Shown here piece by piece: positions 8,733 through 17,517 of a stretch of DNA of 64,000 bases. This DNA is from a virus. Under the pieces are notes generated by a model that had not been told where the DNA came from, did no database searches, and saw only the letters and a list, made by a program, of their open reading frames with translations. The stretch lies in the IMG/VR virus record IMGVR_UViG_3300042518_001860, positions 1-64,000 of that record. One strand, 5' to 3'. Position numbers and translations under genes: made by a program. Within the stretch, counting starts at the first letter, position 1; every line of letters begins with the position of its first letter.

Positions 8733-9083
8733 ATGCAGAGTGAAGACGCTGTTTTTTCCGTCTCCAAGACGTCGTTCTGGACGATCAAGACGCAGGGTCG
8801 CGGCCTCTTGTTGAAAGCGCAAGATCTCCGCAATCTTTTGATCCTGTTGAACTTTGCTGAGGAGCATCCCAGCTTGCAGTTCGACGCCCAAGTCCGCACC
8901 GTCAATTCGGGATTCATCACGATTCGTACCTGGGATGAGGGTCAAACCTTCGTCAGACTGGCAGAGCTCAACGAAAGCGGGGAATTTCTCGGTTCCGTCA
9001 CTCTCTTCAGGAGCCGACTGGCCGAACTCGTCACCGCGGTCACTCGAGAGCTGCAGAACCAGAAAGACGGACATGCCGCCTGA
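8733..9083 (+). CDS. Hypothetical protein
   Basis: ORF fills the gap with plausible codon usage. Confidence 0.6.
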   Translation: MQSEDAVFSVSKTSFWTIKTQGRGLLLKAQDLRNLLILLNFAEEHPSLQFDAQVRTVNSGFITIRTWDEGQTFVRLAELNESGEFLGSVTLFRSRLAELVTAVTRELQNQKDGHAA

Positions 9084-9128
9084 CCTGCGCGGCGAAGGTT
9101 CTGGTAACCTGCGTGGGGGGAGTGAGGC

Positions 9129-9602
9129 GTGTTGACTGCCCTTCTCCAAATCCTCCTGATCGGTGACTCGCTGTTTACGTCTACGGCCACCCACACAGAG
9201 CTCGAGCGGGCAGGGGTGGAAGTGGTCGTAGACGCGAAGGTGGGCAGGCGTGCGACGGAAGCGCACCTACGCTTCTGTCCGGATACGGCTTTCGTCCAGC
9301 TCGGTTCCAATGATGCTGTGCATGGGCAGAGCGCGGAGGGGCTGGCTGCGCTTCGCGAACTGTACCGGAAGCTCCGGGTCTGCAACAGCAAGCTCTTGGT
9401 CATGTTGCCGCCCGGCTCCAGCCCGAAGATCCGAGCATTCGCACAGAAGCTGTTCGACCACGCGCAGCCTTCCGGCGGCCCCAACACGAGCTGCACGGTC
9501 CTCCTCTCTCAAGCCCTTCCTGGTGGAACACCGGACGGGGTACACCCCACAGTTCGCGGCTACCGTGAGCTAGGGCGCAGAATTGCGCAGGAGCTGAAGT
9601 AA
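9129..9602 (+). CDS. SGNH/GDSL hydrolase
   Basis: IGDSL (block I), KVGR (II), LGSND (III), DGVHP (V). Confidence 0.85.
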   Translation: MLTALLQILLIGDSLFTSTATHTELERAGVEVVVDAKVGRRATEAHLRFCPDTAFVQLGSNDAVHGQSAEGLAALRELYRKLRVCNSKLLVMLPPGSSPKIRAFAQKLFDHAQPSGGPNTSCTVLLSQALPGGTPDGVHPTVRGYRELGRRIAQELK

Positions 9603-9612
9603 CTGTCGCATA

Positions 9613-9810
9613 GTGGGTAGGTTTCGAAGCGCCGTCTACCACATTAACTCAGAGCACGTCGTCGTGTTCGAGTACGGCGATTCTTCCGAAGCCTGCTACA
9701 AGCTGGACCCGTCAACTTCCTTGGCGGATGTTCACAGCACGATCAACTGTTTTCTGCACAACCGGCGTGTAGCCGCCGTGGTTGGCGCCAAGAAGGTGGT
9801 CTCAATATGA
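9613..9810 (+). CDS. Hypothetical protein
   Basis: Short ORF overlapping the next start. Confidence 0.45.
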   Translation: MGRFRSAVYHINSEHVVVFEYGDSSEACYKLDPSTSLADVHSTINCFLHNRRVAAVVGAKKVVSI

Positions 9811-10193
9811 GGAATCCGATTCAACCGGTCGTTGTCGCCGAGGGTGGTGTGGTGCGCTTCAAGAAGAACCTCCTGGTTAATGCGCTGGTCGAACACGGCG
9901 CAAAGACCGGGCTCGGCTTGAACCAACTCGCCGTGAGGTTCTCCGCCCCCGAACACGCTGACGACCGGCGTCAGCTCGCGCAGCTCATCGGTTACAGCCT
10001 CTCAGGGTTCGCAGATCTGAGCTATGCTGACGACGAGACCTGCATCGCCGCTGAGCAGATGCGCCAAGGCAAGAGTGAGGTCCAGGCTCGTATCGAGGCT
10101 CTCGAGACGAAGCTCGAACTGGTTCGTGGCGGGATGCGCGACGTTGTAGCCACCCTCTTTGAGATTCACCCCGACGATTTGGATGGCGGTTGA
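9807..10193 (+). CDS. Phage hypothetical protein
   Basis: NPIQP...RFKKN...QLAQLIGYSLSGFADLSY pattern recalled from phage proteins. Confidence 0.75.
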   Translation: MRNPIQPVVVAEGGVVRFKKNLLVNALVEHGAKTGLGLNQLAVRFSAPEHADDRRQLAQLIGYSLSGFADLSYADDETCIAAEQMRQGKSEVQARIEALETKLELVRGGMRDVVATLFEIHPDDLDGG

Positions 10194-10220
10194 ACCTCTT
10201 GTCTGAGGTTTGAAAAACTG

Positions 10221-10249
10221 TTGCATCAAGCTCGAGCTCATGGTATAGG
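10221..10249 (+). promoter_or_regulatory. sigma70-type promoter preceded by AAACTG
   Basis: TTGCAT-N17-TATAGG with TGn extension. Confidence 0.6.
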
Positions 10250-10275
10250 TGCTGAAACTATGCCGAGGACGAATC

Positions 10276-10692
10276 TTGAAGACCCAACCGACCGACATCG
10301 ACCGTGAGGCGGCCTCTCTGTTCGAGCCTGCGCCGGGGATGCGAGTCGCGTACCGGAGCATCTTTCACGGCCGGGCCAAGATGGAGTGGTGCCGGGTCAG
10401 GGATGGTAGAAACTGCATTTACGGCGGTGTCGATGGTATCGACACAGACGACCCGGCGACGGTCGGGTGCATGCTCGCGCAGGTCGAGGAACGCGGCGGC
10501 GGCGTGATTTGGACTCAACCTCACTGGCGCGTGAGCATCCCTGATGATGCGCCATATCACGGCAAGACGACAGCGACGATTATCGGGCGTAGCTGGTCTG
10601 TGATGACTATTGACGGCGTGGTCGGCGACGGGCCGACTGAGGGCGCTGCGCTGGTCGCGGTGATGCGCAAGCTGAAGGGGGTGAAGCGATGA
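10276..10692 (+). CDS. Hypothetical protein, paralog of 11606-12256
   Basis: GAGGA SD before TTG; DDPATVGCML...GPTEGAALVA. Confidence 0.65.
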   Translation: MKTQPTDIDREAASLFEPAPGMRVAYRSIFHGRAKMEWCRVRDGRNCIYGGVDGIDTDDPATVGCMLAQVEERGGGVIWTQPHWRVSIPDDAPYHGKTTATIIGRSWSVMTIDGVVGDGPTEGAALVAVMRKLKGVKR

Positions 10693-11084
10693 ACCTGGAC
10701 GAAATCAAGGCGCGGGCCGCTGCGGCGACGTCGGGGCCGTGGGGCGTGTCGACGTGGGAAGATCGAGAGGATGGTGGATTTTGCGCGGCCGGGCCACATC
10801 ACATATACGAGGACGCCGACGACCCGGATGAAGCGGCGTATGACGCGGCGCAGGTGGACGCTGTGTTCATCGCTAATGCCCGCACCGACATCCCCGCGCT
10901 CGTCGCGGAGGTCGAGCGGCTGCGGGCGCGGCGGGCAGAGGTCTGCGAGTGCGTCGGGGTCACCATGGGGTACCAGCAGGGTATGACCGTTGTCGCGTGG
11001 TTCCTCGACTACAGCGTATCGGCAAGGGTCGAGTGCCCTCGCTGCCACGGCTCCGGCGCGGTCATCGTGGAGGGCGACGCATGA
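10689..11084 (+). CDS. Ead/Ea22-like phage protein
   Basis: MNLDEIKARAAAATSGPW...DAVFIANARTDIPALVAEVERLR. Confidence 0.75.
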   Translation: MNLDEIKARAAAATSGPWGVSTWEDREDGGFCAAGPHHIYEDADDPDEAAYDAAQVDAVFIANARTDIPALVAEVERLRARRAEVCECVGVTMGYQQGMTVVAWFLDYSVSARVECPRCHGSGAVIVEGDA

Positions 11085-11521
11085 CCACCATCGAGGACCT
11101 GTGTGCCCTTCTGCCTGCCGAGCTGAACGGGGCGCCGACGCAACCGGGGTTTTATGTCGTGGAGGCTGGCAGCATTCCTGCGCGCGTTGTGGAGGTCGAG
11201 GTGGTCGGCGGCGGCGTATGGTGGGGTCGGCACAACATGCGTCACGCTGACATCACTCGCCACGCACCGATTGCCTTTACGTCCGTTGCCGAGACGCGGC
11301 GGGCCAATGATGCGGAGGCCGAGCGCGACGCGCTCAAGGTGGAGGTCGAGCGGTTGAAGGCTGCGCTCGAACGGGAAATGGAGCGGCAGTTCCGCGTCGG
11401 CGTTGTGCTCGCCGAATCGGGTTGCGATTGTGACTGCGGGCATCACTATGATGACCACGATGACGACTGCGAACGGTGTCTGGGGTGCCGCGTTGAGGCG
11501 GCGCTGCGGAGCAGGCCATGA
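11081..11521 (+). CDS. Hypothetical protein with coiled coil and Cys-rich C-terminus
   Basis: GGAGG SD, ATGA overlap; CDCDC...CERCLGC. Confidence 0.7.
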   Translation: MTTIEDLCALLPAELNGAPTQPGFYVVEAGSIPARVVEVEVVGGGVWWGRHNMRHADITRHAPIAFTSVAETRRANDAEAERDALKVEVERLKAALEREMERQFRVGVVLAESGCDCDCGHHYDDHDDDCERCLGCRVEAALRSRP

Positions 11522-11616
11522 AGACCATCCGATTGCTCTTCAACGACGAGATGGCCCGCGCCGTCGTCTTGGGCCTGCTGCGCATCGAGTTTGAGGGGGT
11601 GAATCATGTCCCCTGA
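11518..11616 (+). pseudogene. Probable internally deleted ASCH-domain gene remnant
   Basis: MKTIRLLFNDEMARAVVLG-LLRIEFEGV resembles the fused N- and C-termini of phage ASCH proteins. Confidence 0.45.
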
Positions 11617-12256
11617 CCGCCTGGAGATCACCCGGCGATGCCCCGGCTCCGGCCGATCCCTGGAGTCCCTCCCGGAGGAGACCGGCCCTCGCGTCGCCTG
11701 CCCCGGTTGCGGCTCGACGTTCGGGCGAGTCCAGTCCCGGAGCGGAATCCCCCACCACGACTCGCCGCGCGCCGCGCGTACCACGACGCCCCCGGCCGCC
11801 GACATTGCCACACCCTTGATCCGCGCCAGGACGCCGGAGGATCGCGGAGTCTACGCCCGCGAGCGCGAGGCCGATGCGCTCGCCCGGCGCTTTATGCGCT
11901 CTCCGAAGTTCAAGCCTCTCCGCGGCATGTGCGCGGTTGTCATTGGCGGATGGGCCGACGGAACGCCGCTGCGGTGGGACGGTAGCGGGTGGGCAGACTC
12001 GGACGGAGACTCAATCTACGGGTCGTGCGACGTCGTTCTGGATCTCGATGACGACCTGACCCGCGCCGGGCTGCTTCCGGTCGTGCGCGCGGCGCACGGC
12101 GCTCCGCATTTCGGAGTATGGTGCCGGCCCATGAACGAGCCGCATGTGCGGTGGTCATGTGGCGAGGCAGGCGGGCGCATATGGCTCGGACCCACCGAAG
12201 AATCCGCTCTTCTCACCGCCCTGGAGGCCGCTCGTGCGGCACGGGGGGAACGATGA
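11606..12256 (+). CDS. Hypothetical protein with N-terminal Cys motifs
   Basis: CPGSG..CPGCG; DLDDDLTRAGLL...GPTEESALLTALEAA. Confidence 0.65.
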   Translation: MSPDRLEITRRCPGSGRSLESLPEETGPRVACPGCGSTFGRVQSRSGIPHHDSPRAARTTTPPAADIATPLIRARTPEDRGVYAREREADALARRFMRSPKFKPLRGMCAVVIGGWADGTPLRWDGSGWADSDGDSIYGSCDVVLDLDDDLTRAGLLPVVRAAHGAPHFGVWCRPMNEPHVRWSCGEAGGRIWLGPTEESALLTALEAARAARGER

Positions 12257-12495
12257 ACTTTCTGTCCATAGCCACCATCGTCGAGGTGATGTGCGGGTCC
12301 GGCACCCTGGACGCCGCGCTCGAGGCCGGCGAGTTGTTCGCCGAGCAGGCCAACCGCGAAGAGGACCGCGCGACGGGCGCGGACGGTGGCCGGATGCGGT
12401 GGCGATACGCCCCGGCGTCCGTCGTGGCCGAGCACTCGCGGCTGGCCCCTCGCTCGGCGTTCTGTCGACGCCGGATGTGCAGGAGTACGCGATGA
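12253..12495 (+). CDS. Hypothetical protein
   Basis: ATGA overlaps at both ends. Confidence 0.5.
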   Translation: MNFLSIATIVEVMCGSGTLDAALEAGELFAEQANREEDRATGADGGRMRWRYAPASVVAEHSRLAPRSAFCRRRMCRSTR

Positions 12496-12719
12496 CCGGG
12501 CCAATGACCGAAGCGGAAGCGGTCGCCGCATTCAAGGCCGAGATCGCTGCACTTCTCGCCCGATGGGGCGCAACCATCGAAGCGGCGGACCACTGGAAGG
12601 GATACTCCGAGTGCGGCGAGGACATTCGCATGACGGCGAGCATCGAGGTCATACACCCGGACGGGTATCCGCTATTCCTGGACGTCGACCTCGGTCGATA
12701 CCTGGATGGTGAGTTATGA
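12492..12719 (+). CDS. Hypothetical protein
   Basis: AGGAG SD. Confidence 0.7.
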   Translation: MTGPMTEAEAVAAFKAEIAALLARWGATIEAADHWKGYSECGEDIRMTASIEVIHPDGYPLFLDVDLGRYLDGEL

Positions 12720-12856
12720 AGAACAAGCGGAACACCCGGCGCGGCCGCGCGAAGAGGTGGTGACACGCTAACTGCCGAATGTAGCGTCTTATGTCTTCCA
12801 GCAGGGCTTCGACCCGTACAGCACTATTCCACTCAAAAAATGCCAGGTGGTCGAAA

Positions 12857-13220
12857 ATGAGTAGTACCCCACTCGAGGCCCTTCTCCCCAACTTCAACTT
12901 CAGCGGATTCCCTGTAGAGGCCTGCAGCAAGATCGTTGACGAAACCTTGCGCGAATCTGAGCAGCCCTTCTGCGTGGTACTGTGCAACACCAAGGGGAAT
13001 TTGGCGGAGATCAGACTACTTCGCCCCCTACCTATTCTTCCCCCTGCCAGCGCATCGTGGGGACTCCCCTCTGTCCGTCTACTACGGCTGGACCTCTTTG
13101 AGCGGGCAGGACGTCTTTGACCACCACGAAAACTGCATCCACCTGGATGATGCTCGGGTCGTGGCGTGGCGAGGGGTAGACTTCGAGACCCTCCACCATG
13201 CTGAGTGGAGGGAGGATTGA
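12857..13220 (+). pseudogene. Possibly frameshifted hypothetical gene
   Basis: Protein-like N-part in the 12857-13120 frame and C-part in the frame ending 13220. Confidence 0.35.
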
Positions 13221-13251
13221 AGCCGGAACCTCAGGCTTGTGGAGAAAACTG

Positions 13252-13280
13252 TTGTACTTCTTGATCCTCTTTGCTAGAAA
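13252..13280 (+). promoter_or_regulatory. sigma70-type promoter preceded by AAACTG
   Basis: TTGTAC-N17-TAGAAA with TGn extension. Confidence 0.5.
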
Positions 13281-13307
13281 GTAGCAGCACTACTTGATGG
13301 AGACGCA

Positions 13308-13829
13308 ATGAAGCCAGAAGACTGGAAGCGCTTCTCAGCACGGGAACTTTCGGTGGACTACTTGGTCAACGAGAGCTTTGGGACCGCCATGGTCAAAGGC
13401 TGGCACGACGAGGACAGCCAACCCCCCTCCGCCGCCGTTCGTGGTGTCGCTGTGGAGGGTCTGTACATCGCCAACGCCTGTGCTCGGATCGAGGGCATTC
13501 GTAAAGGGTCATTGGCCGTTACAGACCTCTACTTGGCACCTGAAGACATTGTCGAGAGACTCGATGACAAGCAAGTGCGAGTTCTGAGCTGGCTTGCGCT
13601 CATCTGCACCGAGGCGGCTGAGGCGATGGACGACGTTATCGCGGGCCGGTGGGAGACCGTGGTCAACTCCAACGGCAAACCTGAAGGTCTCGGCTCGGAG
13701 CTCGCGGACATCATCATTCGAGTCTGTGATGATGTTGGCGCTCTTGGGATCGACCTCAAAGCCGAACTGCTTGCAAAAATGAGCTTCAACCGGACCCGAC
13801 CCTATCGTCACGGTGGAAAGGCTGTCTGA
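13308..13829 (+). CDS. MazG-like nucleotide pyrophosphohydrolase
   Basis: LALICTEAAEAMD...KPEGLGSELADIIIRVCD...KMSFNRTRPYRHGGK. Confidence 0.85.
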   Translation: MKPEDWKRFSARELSVDYLVNESFGTAMVKGWHDEDSQPPSAAVRGVAVEGLYIANACARIEGIRKGSLAVTDLYLAPEDIVERLDDKQVRVLSWLALICTEAAEAMDDVIAGRWETVVNSNGKPEGLGSELADIIIRVCDDVGALGIDLKAELLAKMSFNRTRPYRHGGKAV

Positions 13830-14092
13830 TGATCCGTTTCTTTTGTGCAGCACGGCCTGAGGAGTATGTCGAACTTCACCCAGGGATGATCTGGGTGTAC
13901 AGCGTTGAGGAGAAGCTCTTCGCCCCTGCTATTCTGGCTGACCACTTGCAACTCCAAGGGCAGCTCGTCGTGGCGGCGTTGAGCTCAACTCACATCGTCT
14001 ATGCCTTCGAAGAATACCCGCCGAAGGTCCTGAAGGTAGAAGGATTGGTCTGCCTTGATCCCGACCTGGATTTGTGGGCGTCCAATGCGTGA
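13829..14092 (+). CDS. Hypothetical protein
   Basis: TGATG overlap. Confidence 0.55.
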   Translation: MIRFFCAARPEEYVELHPGMIWVYSVEEKLFAPAILADHLQLQGQLVVAALSSTHIVYAFEEYPPKVLKVEGLVCLDPDLDLWASNA

Positions 14093-14303
14093 TTGGGCAA
14101 CGTCAGTGGCCGAGATGAAGTCCCTTCGCTCGAGGGAGCTACCCGTTATGATTCGTCAGCTTCACGGCGTCCAGTGCTTGGTCTTCGCCCATGGACACTG
14201 GTTTGCTGGAGACAGCTTCAGTGAGGCCTTGGCAATTGCCCGTCACTCTCCCCTCCTTGTAGATGCCACTCCCTCTCTCATCCACGCTCTGAGGCCCCTG
14301 TGA
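14085..14303 (+). CDS. Hypothetical protein
   Basis: Tiles between neighbours. Confidence 0.5.
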   Translation: MRDWATSVAEMKSLRSRELPVMIRQLHGVQCLVFAHGHWFAGDSFSEALAIARHSPLLVDATPSLIHALRPL

Positions 14304-14704
14304 AAAAGTTCAAGCCGAAGTTCAAGAAGGGGGAAATAGTTTACTGTGACACCCACCCGCCCTTCCGCTTCAAGGTCGTTGGGTCGTGTTCTTCGCTGGA
14401 CGGTTCAACCTTCAATTATGTGCTGTCTTGCGACGGCAGTGAAAGGCCGGAAGATGTACTTCTAGTTTGGGAGGCCAACATCCTGAGTCATGCTGACTAC
14501 ATTGCGCGGGAGATGCGATTCGCCGCTCAGGAGCGGATCTACGAGGGCTGCGGTTTATTGCCTTTTGTCAGTGCCTTTGACCGCACCGGAGAGGGGACAG
14601 GCGCTCACTTATACGTGTCTGGGATCGACGACTTGCGTAAGTTACGCGACGTCTTGATGAACAACCCTCTCCTGAAGGACCCGAGATATGGGCAACATGG
14701 TTGA
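14300..14704 (+). CDS. Hypothetical protein (KFKKGEIV, SH3-like N-terminus)
   Basis: GAGG SD, GTGA overlap. Confidence 0.6.
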   Translation: MKKFKPKFKKGEIVYCDTHPPFRFKVVGSCSSLDGSTFNYVLSCDGSERPEDVLLVWEANILSHADYIAREMRFAAQERIYEGCGLLPFVSAFDRTGEGTGAHLYVSGIDDLRKLRDVLMNNPLLKDPRYGQHG

Positions 14705-15044
14705 CGCCTACGTCGATCTCCCTGATGACTTTGTTGAGCGACTGGTTGAAGCGGAGAAGCGCCTATCAACTCCCGGGCTCGTTGAGGTAGCCCCTGAGCT
14801 GATGCGACGTTGGGCAGGGAAGGCCCCACAGGCGCTACTCGAGGCTCTGCACCACCAGTACAAAAAGGGGATCGAGAAGTACGGGGTCCCTTTGTACGCC
14901 GATACGGGCCTTGACTGTGAAGCCCATGCTGCCATGGAGGCCGCAGACCTCGCGGTCTACTTGAGTGCGCTCAAAATGCAGAACCCAGCGGCTGCTGAGT
15001 CCTTCCGCTCAATCTTGCTGACCATCCTCTCCATCCTCGATTGA
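14688..15044 (+). CDS. Small all-alpha NTP-pyrophosphatase-like phage protein
   Basis: KGIEKYGVPL...HAAMEAADLAVYL motif. Confidence 0.55.
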   Translation: MGNMVDAYVDLPDDFVERLVEAEKRLSTPGLVEVAPELMRRWAGKAPQALLEALHHQYKKGIEKYGVPLYADTGLDCEAHAAMEAADLAVYLSALKMQNPAAAESFRSILLTILSILD

Positions 15045-15084
15045 AGGTTGCCGGACGCCCGTCTGGAATCGTATGCTCTCTGGC

Positions 15085-16671
15085 ATGCGAACCTTCACCT
15101 TCCTTCTGCTCCTCCTTCTCCCCTCACTTACCCTAGCCGCGTCCAAAGACCGATTCCTGACCTCCAGTGGAGGTCAACTGGTCCGGGTCACGAGCGCAGA
15201 TAACGTCGAGACGCTCGCCAACGCCAGCGGCGAGGTTGCTGTTGGGGATGCTGTCTACCTCGCTTCAGCCGGGACAGTCGCCAAAGCATCTGCCTCTACG
15301 ACAGGCCAGCCTGTCTATGGGATCGTCTACGAAGTTGTTTCAGCCACGTCCTGTGTCGTTCTGACGCAAGGCATCTTCCCGGCTTGGTCTGTGGGAATGA
15401 CGGCTGGGCAGGCCTACTATTTGGCTGAGACGGCTGGGGCTCTACAAACCACTCCTGTTCTGGCCTCTGGGAAGCTCGCACAATTGGTGGGGTACGCAGT
15501 CTCTGCGACGGACCTGATGGTCCAGCCGACCAACGTGCGCGCGGTGGGTACCTCTGCTGGGAACTTGGTAGCTCTGGACTACGCAGGGAAACTTCCTGCA
15601 GTCGACGCAAGTCAGCTCACCAATCTTCCTTCTGGAAGCATTGGCGGATCTGTTGCCTCCGGCCAAGTCGCAGTTGGTTCAGGGACCGACACCATCGGCG
15701 GGTCCTCGAGCCTGACTTGGAACTCCGGAACGACCACGCTCACGGTCGGCGGAACAATTTCGGTTGGTGGGAACTACTCGCTGCCGACTACTGCCGGCTC
15801 GAGTGGACAAGTTCTCCAATCAGCAGGTGGAGGAGCTGCATCTTGGCAAAGTGTCAGCACGGTTGATACCCAAATCTTCTCTGCGTCTGGGACATGGTCG
15901 AAGCCCTCTGGTACATCCTCCAGTTCGATGACCAGGGTTGTCCTGATTGGGGGTGGCGGCGGTGGTGGCGCAGGGCGGCCCAATGCTGCAGGCTCCTCGA
16001 ACCGGAAGAACGGTGGCAGTGGAGGTGGTGGCGGTGCGCTTGTGCTGGCTGAGTTCCCTACGTCTTTGTTGAGTAGTACCGTGAGCGTGACTGTGGGTGA
16101 GGGTGGGCCTGGGGGGGCGGCTTCCTCCAACTCCTCGACTTTCAATGTAGGTACGGCAGGAGGGTCATCCTCCTTTGGTTCTTACGTATCAGCACCTGGT
16201 GGAAGCGGTGGTATCGTCAACGGTCTCTCCTCCAACTCGGCAGGCGGTACTGGTGGGACTGGCACTTCTTCTGGCGGGACTGGGGGCTCAGGCAGTAGCG
16301 GAGCGGCCACGGCGGGTTCGGTCACCACGACCGAAGGACCAGGTGGGGGTGGCGGTGGCGGTGGAACCAGCGGAAGCACTACCACCCTCTACGCCCCAAC
16401 TGCGGGGGGTGGGGTCACCTTCTTCTCGACGTCTGGCGGTGCGGCCGGGACCTCAGCCATCTCGCCAGTTGCCGGCACTGCTGGAGCTCAGGTCGCTTAC
16501 AGCGGGACAGGAGGCGGGGGAGGCGGCGCCAGCGGGGACAACACCGGGGCGGCTGGTGGGAATGGCGGTCTCTACGGCGGTGGTGGTGGCGGGGGCGGCG
16601 GAGGTGTCGGGACTAGCGGTAAGGGGGGAGATGGCGCCAACGGTGTGGTCGTCGTCATCACCTTCAAGTAA
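15085..16671 (+). CDS. Fibre-like protein: signal peptide, capsid-cement-like domain and glycine-rich domain
   Basis: MRTFTFLLLLLLPSLTLA-AS; VAVGDAVYL...GQAYYL...VGYAVSAT; TQIFSASGTWSKPSG...VVLIGGGGGGG...GANGVVVVITF. Confidence 0.8.
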   Translation: MRTFTFLLLLLLPSLTLAASKDRFLTSSGGQLVRVTSADNVETLANASGEVAVGDAVYLASAGTVAKASASTTGQPVYGIVYEVVSATSCVVLTQGIFPAWSVGMTAGQAYYLAETAGALQTTPVLASGKLAQLVGYAVSATDLMVQPTNVRAVGTSAGNLVALDYAGKLPAVDASQLTNLPSGSIGGSVASGQVAVGSGTDTIGGSSSLTWNSGTTTLTVGGTISVGGNYSLPTTAGSSGQVLQSAGGGAASWQSVSTVDTQIFSASGTWSKPSGTSSSSMTRVVLIGGGGGGGAGRPNAAGSSNRKNGGSGGGGGALVLAEFPTSLLSSTVSVTVGEGGPGGAASSNSSTFNVGTAGGSSSFGSYVSAPGGSGGIVNGLSSNSAGGTGGTGTSSGGTGGSGSSGAATAGSVTTTEGPGGGGGGGGTSGSTTTLYAPTAGGGVTFFSTSGGAAGTSAISPVAGTAGAQVAYSGTGGGGGGASGDNTGAAGGNGGLYGGGGGGGGGGVGTSGKGGDGANGVVVVITFK

Positions 16672-16674
16672 TTG

Positions 16675-16703
16675 TTGCATTCCTCCTTCAGTCGTTATAG
16701 GGT
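16675..16703 (+). promoter_or_regulatory. sigma70-type promoter preceded by TAATTG
   Basis: TTGCAT-N17-TAGGGT. Confidence 0.55.
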
Positions 16704-16732
16704 ACTCCTACTTTCACTGAAGGAACTTCCCC

Positions 16733-16954
16733 ATGCTCTTCACCAATCTTCGCCCTGGCGCTTGCGCACAGTTGCCTGATGGGCGGGTAGCCGTTCGCAC
16801 TATTTACGGATGCGTTTTGGTGGACCCGGAGAAACCACTCTCGACCTACATCTTTCAGGAAAGCGACCCACACTTCCACTTGGAAGTGGGGGGCGAGGTC
16901 TGGCACTTGATTGGTGAGCCGGTGCGCGTTCGGGACTCTGGAGACGCCGCTTGA
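16733..16954 (+). CDS. Hypothetical protein
   Basis: AAGGA SD. Confidence 0.6.
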   Translation: MLFTNLRPGACAQLPDGRVAVRTIYGCVLVDPEKPLSTYIFQESDPHFHLEVGGEVWHLIGEPVRVRDSGDAA

Positions 16955-17517
16955 CCTGCTCTGACGAAAACACACACATCATGCTTGACCTCGAGACGCT
17001 CTCGACCGCCCCAGATGCGGCCATCGTGAGCATTGGGGCACAGGTCTTCTACCCAGTGGCGGGTGGGCTTGGGGCCGCATTCTACGCTTGCATCCAACCT
17101 GAAGGGTGGAAGGGGCACATCGACCCCAAGACTGTCGCTTGGTGGCTCCAGCAAAGCGACCGTGCCCGCTGTGAAGTAGTTTCAGGGACCATGCAGACTC
17201 TCGAACACGCACTCCTCGATTTCAGCGCTTGGGTTCTGCGGACCTCCTACAACGGTAGTACTTCCAATCCAGTGTACATTTGGGCCAACAGCCCAGCATT
17301 TGACTGTGTAATCCTCCGCTCTGCATACCACAGAGTCGGACTCAAAGAGCCATGGTCCTTCCGCAACGAGCGGTGCTACCGCACAATCAGGGCCCTGAAC
17401 CCAAGGGTTCAAGGCCCCAGTGACACTGGTTGCGCCCACAACGCGCTGGATGATGCCAAGTGGCAAGCCGCGCATCTGCTTCGCCTCATGGGGCACGAGG
17501 ATAGCCATGCAGGTTGA
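16951..17517 (+). CDS. DEDDh 3'-5' exonuclease (Rv2179c/exo VIII-like)
   Basis: HIMLDLETL...IVSIGA...WANSPAFD...HNALDDAKWQA. Confidence 0.9.
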   Translation: MTCSDENTHIMLDLETLSTAPDAAIVSIGAQVFYPVAGGLGAAFYACIQPEGWKGHIDPKTVAWWLQQSDRARCEVVSGTMQTLEHALLDFSAWVLRTSYNGSTSNPVYIWANSPAFDCVILRSAYHRVGLKEPWSFRNERCYRTIRALNPRVQGPSDTGCAHNALDDAKWQAAHLLRLMGHEDSHAG

